Shown here one piece after another: positions 10,634 through 22,954 of a stretch of DNA of 42,140 bases. Under the pieces are notes generated by a model. The model worked only from the letters and a program-made list of their open reading frames with translations, made no database searches and was not told where the DNA came from. The DNA comes from Octopus bimaculoides (taxonomy: Eukaryota): positions 49,547,397 through 49,589,536 of the forward strand of contig NC_068988.1 in NCBI RefSeq assembly GCF_001194135.2. Reading direction: 5' to 3'. Both the position numbers and the translations under genes were made by a program. Each line of letters starts with the position of its first letter. The first letter of the stretch is position 1.

Positions 10634-10855
10634 CTTCTATCTTCTACTTGTTTCAGTCATTAGACTGCGGCCATACTGGGGCACCACCTTGAAACATTTT
10701 TAGTCTAATGAAACGGCACCAGTATTTTCTTTTTAAAGTCTGGTACTTATTCTATTGAGACCTTTTACCGAACCACTATGTTACGTGGACATAAACACAC
10801 CAACACCGGTTGTCATGCGGTGGTGGGGACAAACACAAACACAGACACACAGACA
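10632..10855 (-). mobile_element. SINE family 2 module B
   Basis: tttcagtcattagactgcggccatactggggcacc..tggtacttattctatt..accgaacc..gtaaacacacc matches the other module-B copies. Confidence 0.8.
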
Positions 10856-11110
10856 CACACACTTATACATACATACATATATGCATATACACACACACAC
10901 ACACACACACATATGTAATATTTTGGACTAATAAGTATATGTTAGTTAGTGTGCTGATGGGTTGAGTAAAGCAATGGCACAGTTTGGACTATCTGGTGTC
11001 ATCCGCATTTGGGGTATATTTACGTTGGATCTTCTACAGGAATTCCGCAGTATTCGTTGAGATAATAATCGATTAAATAAATAGATAGAATTGGTATAAA
11101 TCTTTATTTT

Positions 11111-11156
11111 GCACGACGATAGCTTCGACCCATCTTTTATGGGTAGGATGCTGTGC
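11111..11156 (-). ncRNA. Partial hammerhead-like motif (CUGANGA core lost)
   Basis: Minus strand gcac-agcatcct-accc-ataaaagat-gggt-cGAAGC-TATC-GTC-gtgc-aaAATAAA; stems I (gcac/gtgc) and II (accc/gggt) are intact. Confidence 0.35.
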
Positions 11157-11326
11157 ATCATATTGTGTTGCATCAATTTTGCAGTCTGGGTCACATCAAG
11201 TACATTCACACATAAAGCGGTGTCTCGCTAAAGATCTTGAGTTTGGGCGTTGGTGTTATTCGCCCGCTTCAGTTAGGGACTGAAGCATTGCTATGATTGT
11301 TCTCATTATTAAATATCCATAACAAA

Positions 11327-11371
<45 letters not shown>

Positions 11372-11379
<8 letters not shown>

Positions 11380-11569
11380 ATTGTTAAAGAGGACAGCAAA
11401 CACTAAGGCAAGGCAAATATCTCAAGTCGTATAGAATATTATTAATGGAAAAAAATTCAGTCTTACACCTGTTTCTGGAATATCCCGGAGTAAGACTAAT
11501 AATATTGCATACGACTTGAGATGTTTGTCTCGCTTTAATGCTTGTTGTCCACTTCAACAATTTATATAT
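11372..11569. repeat. ~200-bp foldback element with ~65-bp imperfect arms
   Basis: Left arm 11379-11444 matches the reverse complement of 11497-11562 (ttgtt.aag.ggaca.caa.ca.taa.gc.ag.caaa.atctcaagtcgtat..aatattatta); inner agtcttac/gtaagact stem. Confidence 0.8.
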
Positions 11570-11705
11570 CCGTTCAATCGGAAATCTGCAATGGCACCAT
11601 AACTACTGTCTCGGTTATAACCTTGGAGTCCTAGTAATCCATTATAGCACTTACCTAACGTACCTAATCGTTTAGATCACCTGTGAACTAACCCCCCCCC
11701 ATACT
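11565..11705. repeat. Unclassified dispersed repeat, copy 2 (copy 1 at 8105-8245)
   Basis: Direct similarity to 8105-8245. Confidence 0.75.
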
Positions 11706-11708
11706 TTG

Positions 11709-11745
<37 letters not shown>

Positions 11746-13410
11746 ACATATACATATATGTATATTTCATTTTCATATATATATAAATTTTATATATATG
11801 CATATATACATATATATAGAAATATATATANNNNNNNNNNNNNNNNNNNNNNNNNNNNNNNNNNNNNNNNNNNNNNNNNNNNNNNNNNNNNNNNNNNNNN
11901 NNNNNNNNNNNNNNNNNNNNNNNNNNNNNNNNNNNNNNNNNNNNNNNNNNNNNNNNNNNNNNNNNNNNNNNNNNNNNNNNNNNNNNNNNNNNNNNNNNNN
12001 NNNNNNNNNNNNNNNNNNNNNNNNNNNNNNNNNNNNNNNNNNNNNNNNNNNNNNNNNNNNNNNNNNNNNNNNNNNNNNNNNNNNNNNNNNNNNNNNNNNN
12101 NNNNNNNNNNNNNNNNNNNNNNNNNNNNNNNNNNNNNNNNNNNNNNNNNNNNNNNNNNNNNNNNNNNNNNNNNNNNNNNNNNNNNNNNNNNNNNNNNNNN
12201 NNNNNNNNNNNNNNNNNNNNNNNNNNNNNNNNNNNNNNNNNNNNNNNNNNNNNNNNNNNNNNNNNNNNNNNNNNNNNNNNNNNNNNNNNNNNNNNNNNNN
12301 NNNNNNNNNNNNNNNNNNNNNNNNNNNNNNNNNNNNNNNNNNNNNNNNNNNNNNNNNNNNNNNNNNNNNNNNNNNNNNNNNNATATATATATATATATAT
12401 ACACACACACTCACACATACACAAACACACACAGAGGCACACACACAGAGTAACACACACACACGTATATATACCCAGACATATTCGTATTCATGTACAC
12501 ACATATTCATATCTACACATACGTGCACACATACGTGCACACACACGCATACACGCATACGTGCGTAGACATGTATATTAGTATATACATACAACAGGCT
12601 TACGTCCATACGTGCCTATCTATAACCTTTCCACTCATATACACGTAAATCCAGACCTACATATTCACGTCTTCACGTACTGGTTCAAGTGTGTATATAC
12701 ACACAAGCACATGTACACACATACACGCTAACGCAGACATACACATTCATCAACCTCAATGAGTACATACCCAAATCTATGTATTCTTCCTGCCTCATTA
12801 ATTGTTCATACAGGACTGTTTTTGTTATTGTATTTTAGCAACATACTGTCGCATTCAAAAGTGTCATATATGAACATATATTACGATATATATGCATACT
12901 TAAACATATCTTTTGTCTCTTTAGTTAATCATTCTAATATGTGTTGTTGTTTTTTAACTAAACTAAAGTGACTCATGGCTGCATACTGCAATTATCATAT
13001 ATGAAAGTATCTAAATATATGATTGTGTCATAACATATTTAAACATATATAATAAAATTCGCACACATATATCAAAAGTTTCGACGTACTTCCCAAAACA
13101 TGGTGTTTAAGATATGGAATAGCTATGATTTTATATCCAGTTGTCTATATCGTCTTCAACAATAATCTCAAAAACCTGTTATGTTAGATAGAGTTATATT
13201 GGGTATTTATATCTGGAATATATTGTCTTGGTTCATATTGTATACGTTGTAGCATTTTCATCTGGTTCTTCTGTGGTAAAAGTTCCAGGTTTGTTGCTCA
13301 TAAGGTTGTCACTCAGGGAGTGGGGTGATAAATTGAAATGGTGGGCGTTATACGTTTTATGTGTTTAGTCTGTATCAGTTAGGTGTAGTTTCTATCACAC
13401 AAGCAAATAA

Positions 13411-13479
13411 GACAATTGGCAAGCAGAAACCAATCTAAATGTCCTCTGGATAACCAATGTAACAGATGCAATGTAGTAA
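13411..13479 (+). pseudogene. Possible Penelope-like relic: Cys motif preceding GIY-YIG
   Basis: Reads SRNQSKCPLDNQCNRCNVV, resembling the recalled CNCRxxxxCPLxGxCxxxNVVY motif; short and degraded. Confidence 0.3.
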
Positions 13480-13484
13480 CAATT

Positions 13485-13607
13485 TGAACAATTTTCATGT
13501 TTCATATTTAGATGTCATTATAAAATTGATTCAGTTGTTAAACATAAATAAATCTTGGAATTAAATAGTTTTGATTTACTGTCAGGTGACTTTTGGTCAA
13601 CCCTGTA
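13485..13607 (+). mobile_element. Tc1/mariner 3' end fragment
   Basis: Ends in ggtgacttttggtcaaccctgTA (reverse complement TACAGGGTTGACCAAAAGTCACC); begins with QFEQF-like codons. Confidence 0.45.
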
Positions 13608-13802
13608 TATATGTATACATACATAAAATACAAATATGTTTTTTTCGGGTATAAAATCTATTCTCATACTTGTTCTCACGGTTAATCTTATTCTGGTGAC
13701 GGTGACGATTTCATATACATATACATACGTGTACATATATGTACGGACATGCATACATATATATGTGGGGGGGTATACAAATGTATGCACACACTCATAT
13801 AT

Positions 13803-13845
<43 letters not shown>

Positions 13846-14251
13846 TATTTTATAAACACTTTCGCTAAAATCATGTATCAGGAATGGATACGTGCTTTTA
13901 CTTTAATACATTTCGCTCGAATTATTTTCCATGCATCGTTTTATTTCACCTATTTCCTTGGAGTTACATATTATTGGTATGAAATTTTATTTCCAAGTAT
14001 TCCATTCAGTACTTTTCTAAACTTATACACTCAAAGTATTCTCATTTTATCTCTGCNNNNNNNNNNNNNNNNNATATATATACACACGAATATTATTATT
14101 ACTTTTTTCTACATATATTCTAGGTTTATCTTGGTACATCACTTTCAAGTGTATAAACTTCAAACATAAAGGTATTTAAGTTTTCTCGAATGTTCGACTT
14201 GTCTCGATAAATTCCGTGACTTTCAAAGCTGTGGCAAGATCAGTGTATATT

Positions 14252-14412
14252 AGTTTCAAATTTTGCCTCGGGGCCTCCGTATTCAGCTGGTACTTATTTT
14301 ATCGACCTCGAAAGGATGAAAAGCAAATCCGGCTTCGGGAAAATTTGAACTCAGAACGTAATGCAGTTAAGCATTTTGCCCGACATGCTAACGTTTCTGC
14401 CAGCTTGCCACC
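14252..14412 (-). mobile_element. SINE family 1, diverged
   Basis: ctggtacttattttatcgacctcgaaaggatgaaaag..atttgaactcagaacg..gctaacgtttctgccagcttgccacc. Confidence 0.85.
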
Positions 14413-14463
14413 GGATCAGTGTATATTAAAATATGTACTTATTTTGATGATGGTTATTCTAGC

Positions 14464-15140
14464 AAGGCGGTGAACTGGCAGAAACGTTAGCACCAAGGGC
14501 GAAATGCTTAGCGGCATTTCGTCTGTCGCTACGTTCTGAGTACAAATTCCGCCGAGGTCGACTTTGCCTTTCATCCTTTCGGGGTCGATTAAATAAGTAC
14601 CAGTTACGTACTGGGGTCGATGTAATCGACTTAATCCGTTTGTCTGTCCTTGTTTCTCCCCTCTATGTTTAGCCCCTTGTGGGCAATAAAGAAATAAGTA
14701 ACGTTAGCACGGCGGGCGAAATGCTTAGCGGTATTTAGTCTGCCGTTACGTCCTGAGTTCAAATTCCGCCGAGGTCGACTTTGCCTCTCATCCTTCGGGA
14801 TCGATAAATTAAGTACCAGTTACGCACTGGAGTCGATGTAATCGACTTAATCNNNNNNNNNNNNNNNNNNNNNNNNNNNNNNNNNNNNNNNNNNNNNNNN
14901 NNNNNNNNNNNNNNNNNNNNNNNNNNNNNNNNNNNNNNNNNNNNNNNNNNNNNNNNNNNNNNNNNNNNNNNNNCATTTCGTCTGTCGCTACGTTCTGAGT
15001 ACAAATTCCGCCGAGGTCGACTTTGCCTTTCATCCTTTCGGGGTCGATAAATTAAGTTCCAGTTGTGTACTGAAGTTGATCTAATCGACTGGCCCCCTCC
15101 CCAAAAAGTTTTGGCCTTGTGCTTAGAGTAGAAAAGAATC
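14464..15140 (+). mobile_element. SINE family 1 tandem array (at least 3 bodies, ~217-bp period, contains a gap)
   Basis: aacgttagcac at 14483 and 14700; last unit 14974-15140 ends in tail type 2. Confidence 0.9.
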
Positions 15141-15224
15141 ATCATTCTAACATACAGGGGATAAAAGCAAAAGTTTTATATACAATTTCGTATAGATACT
15201 TCTGCCTAAAATATAAAATGTTCT

Positions 15225-15490
15225 TTTATTCTTTTACTTGTTTCAGACGTTTGACAGCTGGAGCATCACTTTAATAATATATACATACACACACAAGCAC
15301 ACACACACACATATAATATATATATACACGACGGGCTTCTTTCATCCTCCGCATACCAAATCCACTCACAAGTCTTTGGTCGGCCCGAGGCTATAGTAGA
15401 AGATACTTACCAAGGTACCACGCAGTGGGACTGAACCCGGAACTATGTGGTTGGGTAGCAAGCTTGTTAGCACACAGACATGCCTGTGCC
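15225..15490 (-). mobile_element. SINE family 2 with deleted module B
   Basis: Module C at 15325-15490 plus a short module-B end at 15225-15270. Confidence 0.8.
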
Positions 15491-15639
15491 TAATATATAT
15501 GTGATATATATTAATAATACTGTTTTCTTCTTATTATTATTGTCAGTTTATTTTATTTTTGCCAGCAGATGTGAACACCTAACAAGCTTCAGTAAGCCTA
15601 GACGAATTCTTCAAGGGAAACACAACCCATATTGCTGGA

Positions 15640-15790
15640 TTCCAAATTTTAATAGAATACATAGGTTTCTTACTATCTAGGAACATTGATATGCTCCACG
15701 TCTTATATTGCCAAATTCCAAATTTTAATAGAATAAGTGGAATGCATAGGTTTCTTACATCTAAGACCATTGATACGTTCCACGTCTTGT
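15640..15790. repeat. Tandem duplication, two ~76-bp units
   Basis: attccaaattttaatagaata..cataggtttcttac..atcta..cattgata...tccacgtctt occurs twice. Confidence 0.85.
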
Positions 15791-16478
15791 ACAATTGAGC
15801 CCTTTGCTAGATTCTGACATGTGTATTCTATTTTATACACGAAATATTTCGTATCAGTAGTGTTATACGCACAAATGTATATACTTATATATGTACGTAC
15901 GTATACGTATGTATGTTTACATGCATATATAAATGGACGAATGGATAAATGGATGAACACATATATATAAATATACATACATGCATACACACACTGATAT
16001 GCATACATGTATTCTACGAAGAACATGCAGGGACAAATGCACATATAAAGGCGTTTTTATACTCTTACAAAAAAGTAAAACGTTACGAGAAAGGAAAAAA
16101 AAAGCTGGTTTTCTTTTTAAATTGTTCATGCATCGTATTTCTTAGTACCTTCCAGAAACACAGCTCTCACGTCTCAAAAGACATTTTCAAAACTCAAGTC
16201 GCTTTTTAGGCTATAAGCAAAATGAAAGACAAAAAAAAAAAATTCAACAACCATACGCACAAACATTACAACCAAAATTAACAACAATAAAAATAACAAT
16301 ATCAATAACAATAACAATGAAGTAAAAAAAGAAAAGAAGGAAGAAAAGAAAAAAAAGCAAAGACAAATCATTCTAAGAAAATAATTTTGAAAACCAAACC
16401 ACAGATGACAAATTAACAAAGGCAAATAGGAGAGATGGAAAAAAAAGTTAGTGAAATTTTAGACAAACACAGAAAAAG

Positions 16479-16537
<59 letters not shown>

Positions 16538-17206
16538 CGACAACCAACCCCATCTGTTGCGAACAGTTAATGGATTTTCCGTTGAACTGCTGTTCTTTAT
16601 CTAGTCGTTTTTGCTGCCATTGTGGTTATTGTTGTAGTCGTTGTTATTGTCTTTTGTTTCTTGTTCTTTTTTTATTCCGTTAAGATTATTTGCTATGTTA
16701 ATTAAAATGACATCTTGTGTATTCAATGCAGGTATTATATTTTTTTTTCAACTTCTTTTTGTTTCCTACTCATTATTTATTAGTCTTATCATATACTGTA
16801 TTATCAATCATAATATTAATGATATTATTACAATATTACATCATATTTTTACTATGTATTAATATATTCTGTTTAGGTCTCCATTTTATTCAAATAATTC
16901 ATTTTTTACTTAATTTTGATGATGAAATCAAATATTTGCTATACATACAGAGGTAGTCGTGTGCTAAAAGGTTAGTTTCACGACTATAGATTCCGCCCGA
17001 CAGCATGGCTGAATGGACCATAATCTTCATTATTATTATTGCGTTATTTTTCCTCTCGGGCATTTTTTTTACATAACTTGCCAGATCATTTTATTACTCT
17101 CTAATTGTTATATTCCCAACATATGTATTTGGGATATGTATGTATATGATACTGTGTTTGTTTGTGTCTATATATGTGTCTGTGAGCGAGTATAATAATG
17201 TACTTA

Positions 17207-17251
<45 letters not shown>

Positions 17252-17534
17252 GTATGTATATATACAGACATATGTAGGAAAATATTTGGTTTCAGAAGAA
17301 CTATGTATTAGCGAAAGCGGAACTTCTGTGCCGAAACATTAAATTTGTGCAATAATACTTTGTAACTCTGTATGTGCGCATGCGTGTGTGTTCGCGTGTG
17401 TGTGCGTGTGTGTGTATGTGTACGTGTGTGTGTGTGAGTGAAAGCGTGAGTATGTGAATTTGTGCTGATTCCGGGTGCATATAACAGCTATTTGAAAAAA
17501 ACAACAGCACCAACACAAACAACTACAGCAACGA

Positions 17535-17591
<57 letters not shown>

Positions 17592-18270
17592 ACATGTCAG
17601 TCACAACGTGTAGAAATGTTTCCATTTCGCCCCTGTCTCTTGCTCCACAAGCCACGATTATAACACAGAAGCATCTTTTATGAAACGAACAAGTCTCTGG
17701 AGGTCAGAGAGAAAAAGATTGTTTACAATAATTTGGGTTAAAACATCAGGGATAGATTTCCAACTTTAGAATGTTTCCAAACAAGGAGAGCTTCCTTCCA
17801 GCCCCTTGGGTCCGATTGCGAAATAAACAACAGAATTAAAATCCACCCCGTGTAATGAACAATTAGACAAGGGGAATAAGTTGCTGGTATGCTAATGTTT
17901 TTGACTTGTTTCCACGTCTCACTCTATCTTATTGTATATCTTTTTCTACTGTGATTTTCTGTGCTTACCTATTTAATTTCTGTCTACATAAGTAGCTATG
18001 TAGTTATTTACATATATGTCTATCTCTCTATTTGGCTATCATTCTGTCTATCCGTCTATCTCATTTTCTCTCTCTGTACGCACATACACACACATATACA
18101 TACACACACACACACACACACATATAATCCTTTCTCCATTTGTATTCATGAAAGCTCCATAAGTAATTATATTGGATACACACGCACGCATACACATACA
18201 CGCACGCACGCACACAAATACATAAGTGTGTATGTATATATATATATATATATATATTTGTGTGTGTGTG

Positions 18271-18308
<38 letters not shown>

Positions 18309-18387
18309 GTGTATATATATAGATATATATGTATATGTATATAAATAGATATGTATATATATACGTATATGTATGTATGTATATATT

Positions 18388-18439
<52 letters not shown>

Positions 18440-18784
18440 TATACATACTCACACACACATACATTTATACATATATACATATGCATATATTTTAATATCA
18501 TTAGACACGAATACACATGTGTACTTACATATATATGTAAATATGATATGTTCTGACATACGTGTATGTGTGTAAGACAGGCATTTCGTATCTATATCAG
18601 CACGAATGGACCAATCTAAAATGAGAAGACCTAAATTGATATGTTGAGCATTTTGTCACCTGAACGAATACATGTGGGTGGAGTACGCGGAATAGAGATA
18701 GCTTGAAGCTTCTTATGAATAAATACATTTTAATGCATGTGTTTTGTACTTTCTTCCTCGTCTTCACACCCACAGTTTGTACAT

Positions 18785-18846
<62 letters not shown>

Positions 18847-19520
18847 TATTGTACAAAACGCAGTTGCTTGTAATCGTCCTGTGTATAGAATTCAATTTAC
18901 TTTACACACGCAACTCAGTTGAAAATTGATTTGCTCTAAAGTACATTATGGTGTTAAAATTCACATTGGTTTATGCAACAGTAATACATCACACACAGAT
19001 ACATACGTATGCACTTCCACACACATAATATGTATCTCTGTGTTTGTATGTGCGCGTGTGTATATATGTTGTGTGTGCGTTCGTGTGCGTGAATGTTTCC
19101 TAGTCTATATTTTTCGAATTGCACAACAATGGATAAAGAGACGGTCGGTATCTCGTCGAGAAGAAAATTTCAACGGAATTAAACATCAACAGCCTAAACG
19201 TATATGCATGCGTCTATTGTATATATCTATGTATGAAAGAAATATTGCTTTCAAGCTTTTAGCGCAAGGCCGGCAATTTCTGAGGAGGGGTAAGGTCCTT
19301 ATTTTATCGACCCTGATAATTGGCAACAAGAAGAGTGGCAACCATGATGTTTCAGATAACATCGTTATCTTTGCACTTACATTTGCATTCAATCATTATT
19401 CTTGATTAAGTAAGCTATTTCTTTTGGTCAGTACCTTGGTTAAATGATTTCTATTATAGCCCCGAGATACCGAATGTGTCAGTGAATTAAACAAGCGGAA
19501 GCCGCGTAAATGCCCGACGT

Positions 19521-19553
<33 letters not shown>

Positions 19554-19789
19554 ACACACACACACACACACACANNNNNNNNNNNNNNNNNNNNNNNNNN
19601 NNNNNNNNNNNNNNNNNNNNNNNNNNNNNNNNNNNNNNNNNNNNNNNNNNNNNNNNNNNNNNNNNNNNNNNNNNNNNNNNNNNNNNNNNNNNNNNNNNNN
19701 NNNNNNNNNNNNNNNNNNNNNNNNNNNNNNNNNNNNNNNNNNNNNNNNNNNNNNNNNNNNNNNNNNNNNNNNNNNNNNNNNNNNNNNTA

Positions 19790-20214
19790 TATATTGTTGA
19801 GTCTAGAGGGAGTCATTCTGTTTTAATGCCTTATTAAATAACACACTCACCGGTTCAATTTCTACTCATTTTATTTTCCTAGAATTTTCGTTACTCCTTG
19901 CAAACTCTCCAATAGTTGTTCATTCCGTTATCGGAGCTGCGTTATTTTTTTGTTCGTCTGTTTGTGCGCGTGTGTGTCTGTGTGTATGGGTTTGTGTGAT
20001 TATGTATATGTGTCTGTTATGCATTGATGTGTATCTCCATATGTGTCCTTATATGTGTGTGTGGAGTGTGCATGTGTGTATATGGTCATGTGTTTCCGTC
20101 TCCTTTTGTGTATACGTGTTTGTGTGTGTGTATGTACCTGTCTATCCGTATTGCCTATGTGCCTGTATATCTACTTATCCATCTGTTTGCCTGCATATCC
20201 ATTTACCGACGCGC

Positions 20215-20265
<51 letters not shown>

Positions 20266-20340
20266 CACGTCTACATAACAGCCTACTAACAAATTTACCT
20301 GTGTATATATAAACTGTGGTTATTGGGGTATCACTTCCTG
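19790..20340 (-). mobile_element. Penelope-like 3' pseudo-LTR with minimal hammerhead-like motif (19879-19915)
   Basis: Directly downstream of the GIY-YIG stop. Minus strand cta-TTGGAGA-gtttgcaaggagtaac-GAAAATTC-tag followed by AATAAA. An inverted homologue lies at 20698-21257. Confidence 0.65.
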
Positions 20341-20697
20341 TTATGCGTATTTCCTATTTATGAGCACGTACTCTTGTATTTGTTTGAGTGTTGGGTCCTT
20401 CGGGTGCTTGGATAAAATGCAGATGTCAAGTTGACCCGGTGTGCTTCCATGTCGGTCTTTGGCATGTTGGTAAAGTATGGGGGACAGTCTATGGTCGTCA
20501 TATTGCCTCAAATATTTATTTAATCTCTCAGCAATGCTTCTAAATGTCTCACCAAATTATGTCATGTTCGTGTCTTTACAAATATCCTCTATGCACCTTA
20601 TGCTGTAGACTACATTTCTAATTCTAGAGTTAATGCCAAGGTTAATCTTACACCTCATGCAGTCTTCATTGGTGCTCGTAGTATTTTCGAAAGAGCA
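20341..20697 (-). pseudogene. Degraded GIY-YIG endonuclease domain of a Penelope-like element
   Basis: Reading through one stop (20557-59) gives CSF..DCMRCK..RIRNVVYSIRC..T*FGETFRSIAERLNKYLRQY..ILYQHAKDRH..LSKHPKDPTLKQIQEYVLI*. This shows VVY and YIGET equivalents, the catalytic Arg (ERL) and a late Glu. Confidence 0.8.
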
Positions 20698-20923
20698 CAT
20701 CCTACACGCACACTCCACACACACACAAGGACACATATGGAGACACACATCCATACGTAGCAGACATGTACATAGTCACACAAACCCATGCACATAGACA
20801 CAGTCAAACATATATACACAAGGAGATAGAGGTACACACACAAATACATACATTCACACACGTACACACAAACATGCACACACAAACACATGAATATGCA
20901 GATTGTATACAAACGTAGACACA

Positions 20924-20974
<51 letters not shown>

Positions 20975-20987
20975 ATACATACATACA

Positions 20988-21018
<31 letters not shown>

Positions 21019-21257
21019 GTGTATACACATGAACACCGATGCACACACAAGCACACAAACAAACAAAATGAACGCACCTCCGATAACGGACAGAGTCAAT
21101 GACTATTGAAGAGTTTGCAAGAAGCAACGGAAATTTTAGGAACAAAAAATAATAAAGGAGTGGAAATTGAACGGTGAGTGTGTTATTTAATAAGGCATTA
21201 AAACAAAATGACTCTCCCCCGACACACCAATATATGCTTCAACACACGAATTCACAT
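20698..21257 (+). mobile_element. Inverted pseudo-LTR copy with hammerhead-like motif (21103-21139)
   Basis: 21073-21220 is the reverse complement of 19806-19940, and 20700-20800 of ~19975-20075. Motif cta-TTGAAGA-gtttgcaagaagcaac-GGAAATTT-tag. Confidence 0.65.
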
Positions 21258-21977
21258 AAAATTCATATTCCTTTTTCAAATTTATTGATAAAAAATAAGA
21301 CATGTCCTTTATTACATGGGAAAATAAAAGTAAATCTTCATATTTCAACGTAAGCACCAGTGGCGTCAACAAATTTCCTCAAACGGCCAGGGATGGAATG
21401 AACAAACTTCTGAGCTTCTGCAGTCACAATATTCAGGTTTTAGCTCCTGCACGTAATGGGGTTCCCACGGGCGCAAATTCAATTTATTATGCAACACCGT
21501 TGGTATTGTATGTCCTGTTACTCTACCTTCACGAGCTGCTTGACGTGTTAATTTTTACGGGCTGCGATTTAAAAAGTTCCTGCACTGTTGTCATGTTCTC
21601 CGGTGATCAGAATGCGGTTGGACGGCCACTTCTCCCATCGTTCACTGAGCCCGTGGTCATCAGCTATTCATGACAACTATTTATTGTCTCTTGACGTAGT
21701 GTTGCCTGTTTACCTTTCCATGCACGCCACCAGTACTAAACCAAAACAATGGAATTCTACACTTCATAACATGCGGTTATCTTAGCTCGCCCCTGAACCG
21801 TCAAGCGATCGGCAATATGGAAAATACGCAATAAGAAATACGACAATAAGAAAATGGAAAATCCCCATTAGTGTTGTCTGTTTAAAAAATGTTTTCGTCA
21901 TGACTTCAGTGATACTAAAAGTTCTATAAACAATTTCTAATGCCTAGTTACTTTCCACCTTCCACCCACCCTGTGTA
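21258..21977 (-). mobile_element. Internally deleted Tc1/mariner element (DUF4817-type N-terminus) lacking its 3' TIR
   Basis: 5' TIR tacacagggtgggtggaaa..gtaactaggca. Degraded translation AKITACYEV*NSIV..WWRAWKG..LMTTGSVNDGRSGRP..SPEN..TRQAARE..TVLHNKLNLRPWEPHYVQELKPE joins directly to the C-terminal EAQKFVHSIPGRLRKFVDATGAYVEI* (stop 21338-40). The DDD core is absent. Confidence 0.8.
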
Positions 21978-22188
21978 TATATATGTCATAGTTGCACCCT
22001 CGTTACACGAGAAAAGCCATTGCCAAAAGACTTGCTGAAATAATTCATTATTGATGCAATTATTGATGCCTTTATATGACATTTAAGCCCAGCCAAAGTT
22101 TTACACATTATACATACATACATGCATACATACATACATACATACATACATACATACATACATACATACATACATACATACATAGAAA

Positions 22189-22330
22189 TAGGTGTGTGCA
22201 TGTTAGTGTGCGTATAAGCACGTATATATTTATTGAAATTTTATATCAAGACTGGAATGGGTCTTTTAATGATCATTTCATCATTTCGTGCTTCCTTCGT
22301 TCTAAATATTTCAGTTATGGCTCGTGAATA
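22189..22330 (-). repeat. Young unclassified repeat, near-identical inverted copy at 34253-34398
   Basis: By eye the copies differ by about 2 substitutions and one 4-bp indel over ~140 bp. Confidence 0.9.
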
Positions 22331-22345
22331 TATATNNNNNNNNNN

Positions 22346-22426
<81 letters not shown>

Positions 22427-22636
22427 ATATATATACACGGAAAATAGGAATGTTCTTACATATTCGTCCAGCATGTACAATTTTGTCATTCCTGTTAGCA
22501 AATAAAATATGTATAATGTTGAATAATTTATACGAAAATATTTTCCCAACTTCCTGGTTATGTGTGTGTGTGTGTGTGTGTGCGTGTGTGTGTGTGTGTG
22601 TGCGTGCGCGCGTGCGTGCGAGTGTGTGTGCACGTA

Positions 22637-22690
<54 letters not shown>

Positions 22691-22815
22691 TTATTGGTAT
22701 CCAGAAGCTCCAATGTGGCAGGTAAGAGCTATGGAAGGACCATAGTTAAACTCTCGGTTCGATAGTAATTCGAGTGAGGAGTCTAATGCGAGTCTTGTAT
22801 GAGCATGCATATGTT

Positions 22816-22857
22816 AAATAAAATGAGACAACAAAGCTTTGTTGTCTCATTTTATTT
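22816..22857. repeat. Perfect 42-bp palindrome without spacer
   Basis: aaataaaatgagacaacaaag|ctttgttgtctcattttattt. Confidence 0.95.
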
Positions 22858-22954
22858 GACACCCACACACATGCATACATACATACATACATAATACATG
22901 CATACATACATACATACATACTATATATACATATATATATATATATATATCTTT

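Noticed and set aside
22700-22730. Micro-exon with strong donor CAG|GTAAGA
   Set aside because: Weak acceptor, 17 nt, and no neighbouring exons to support it.
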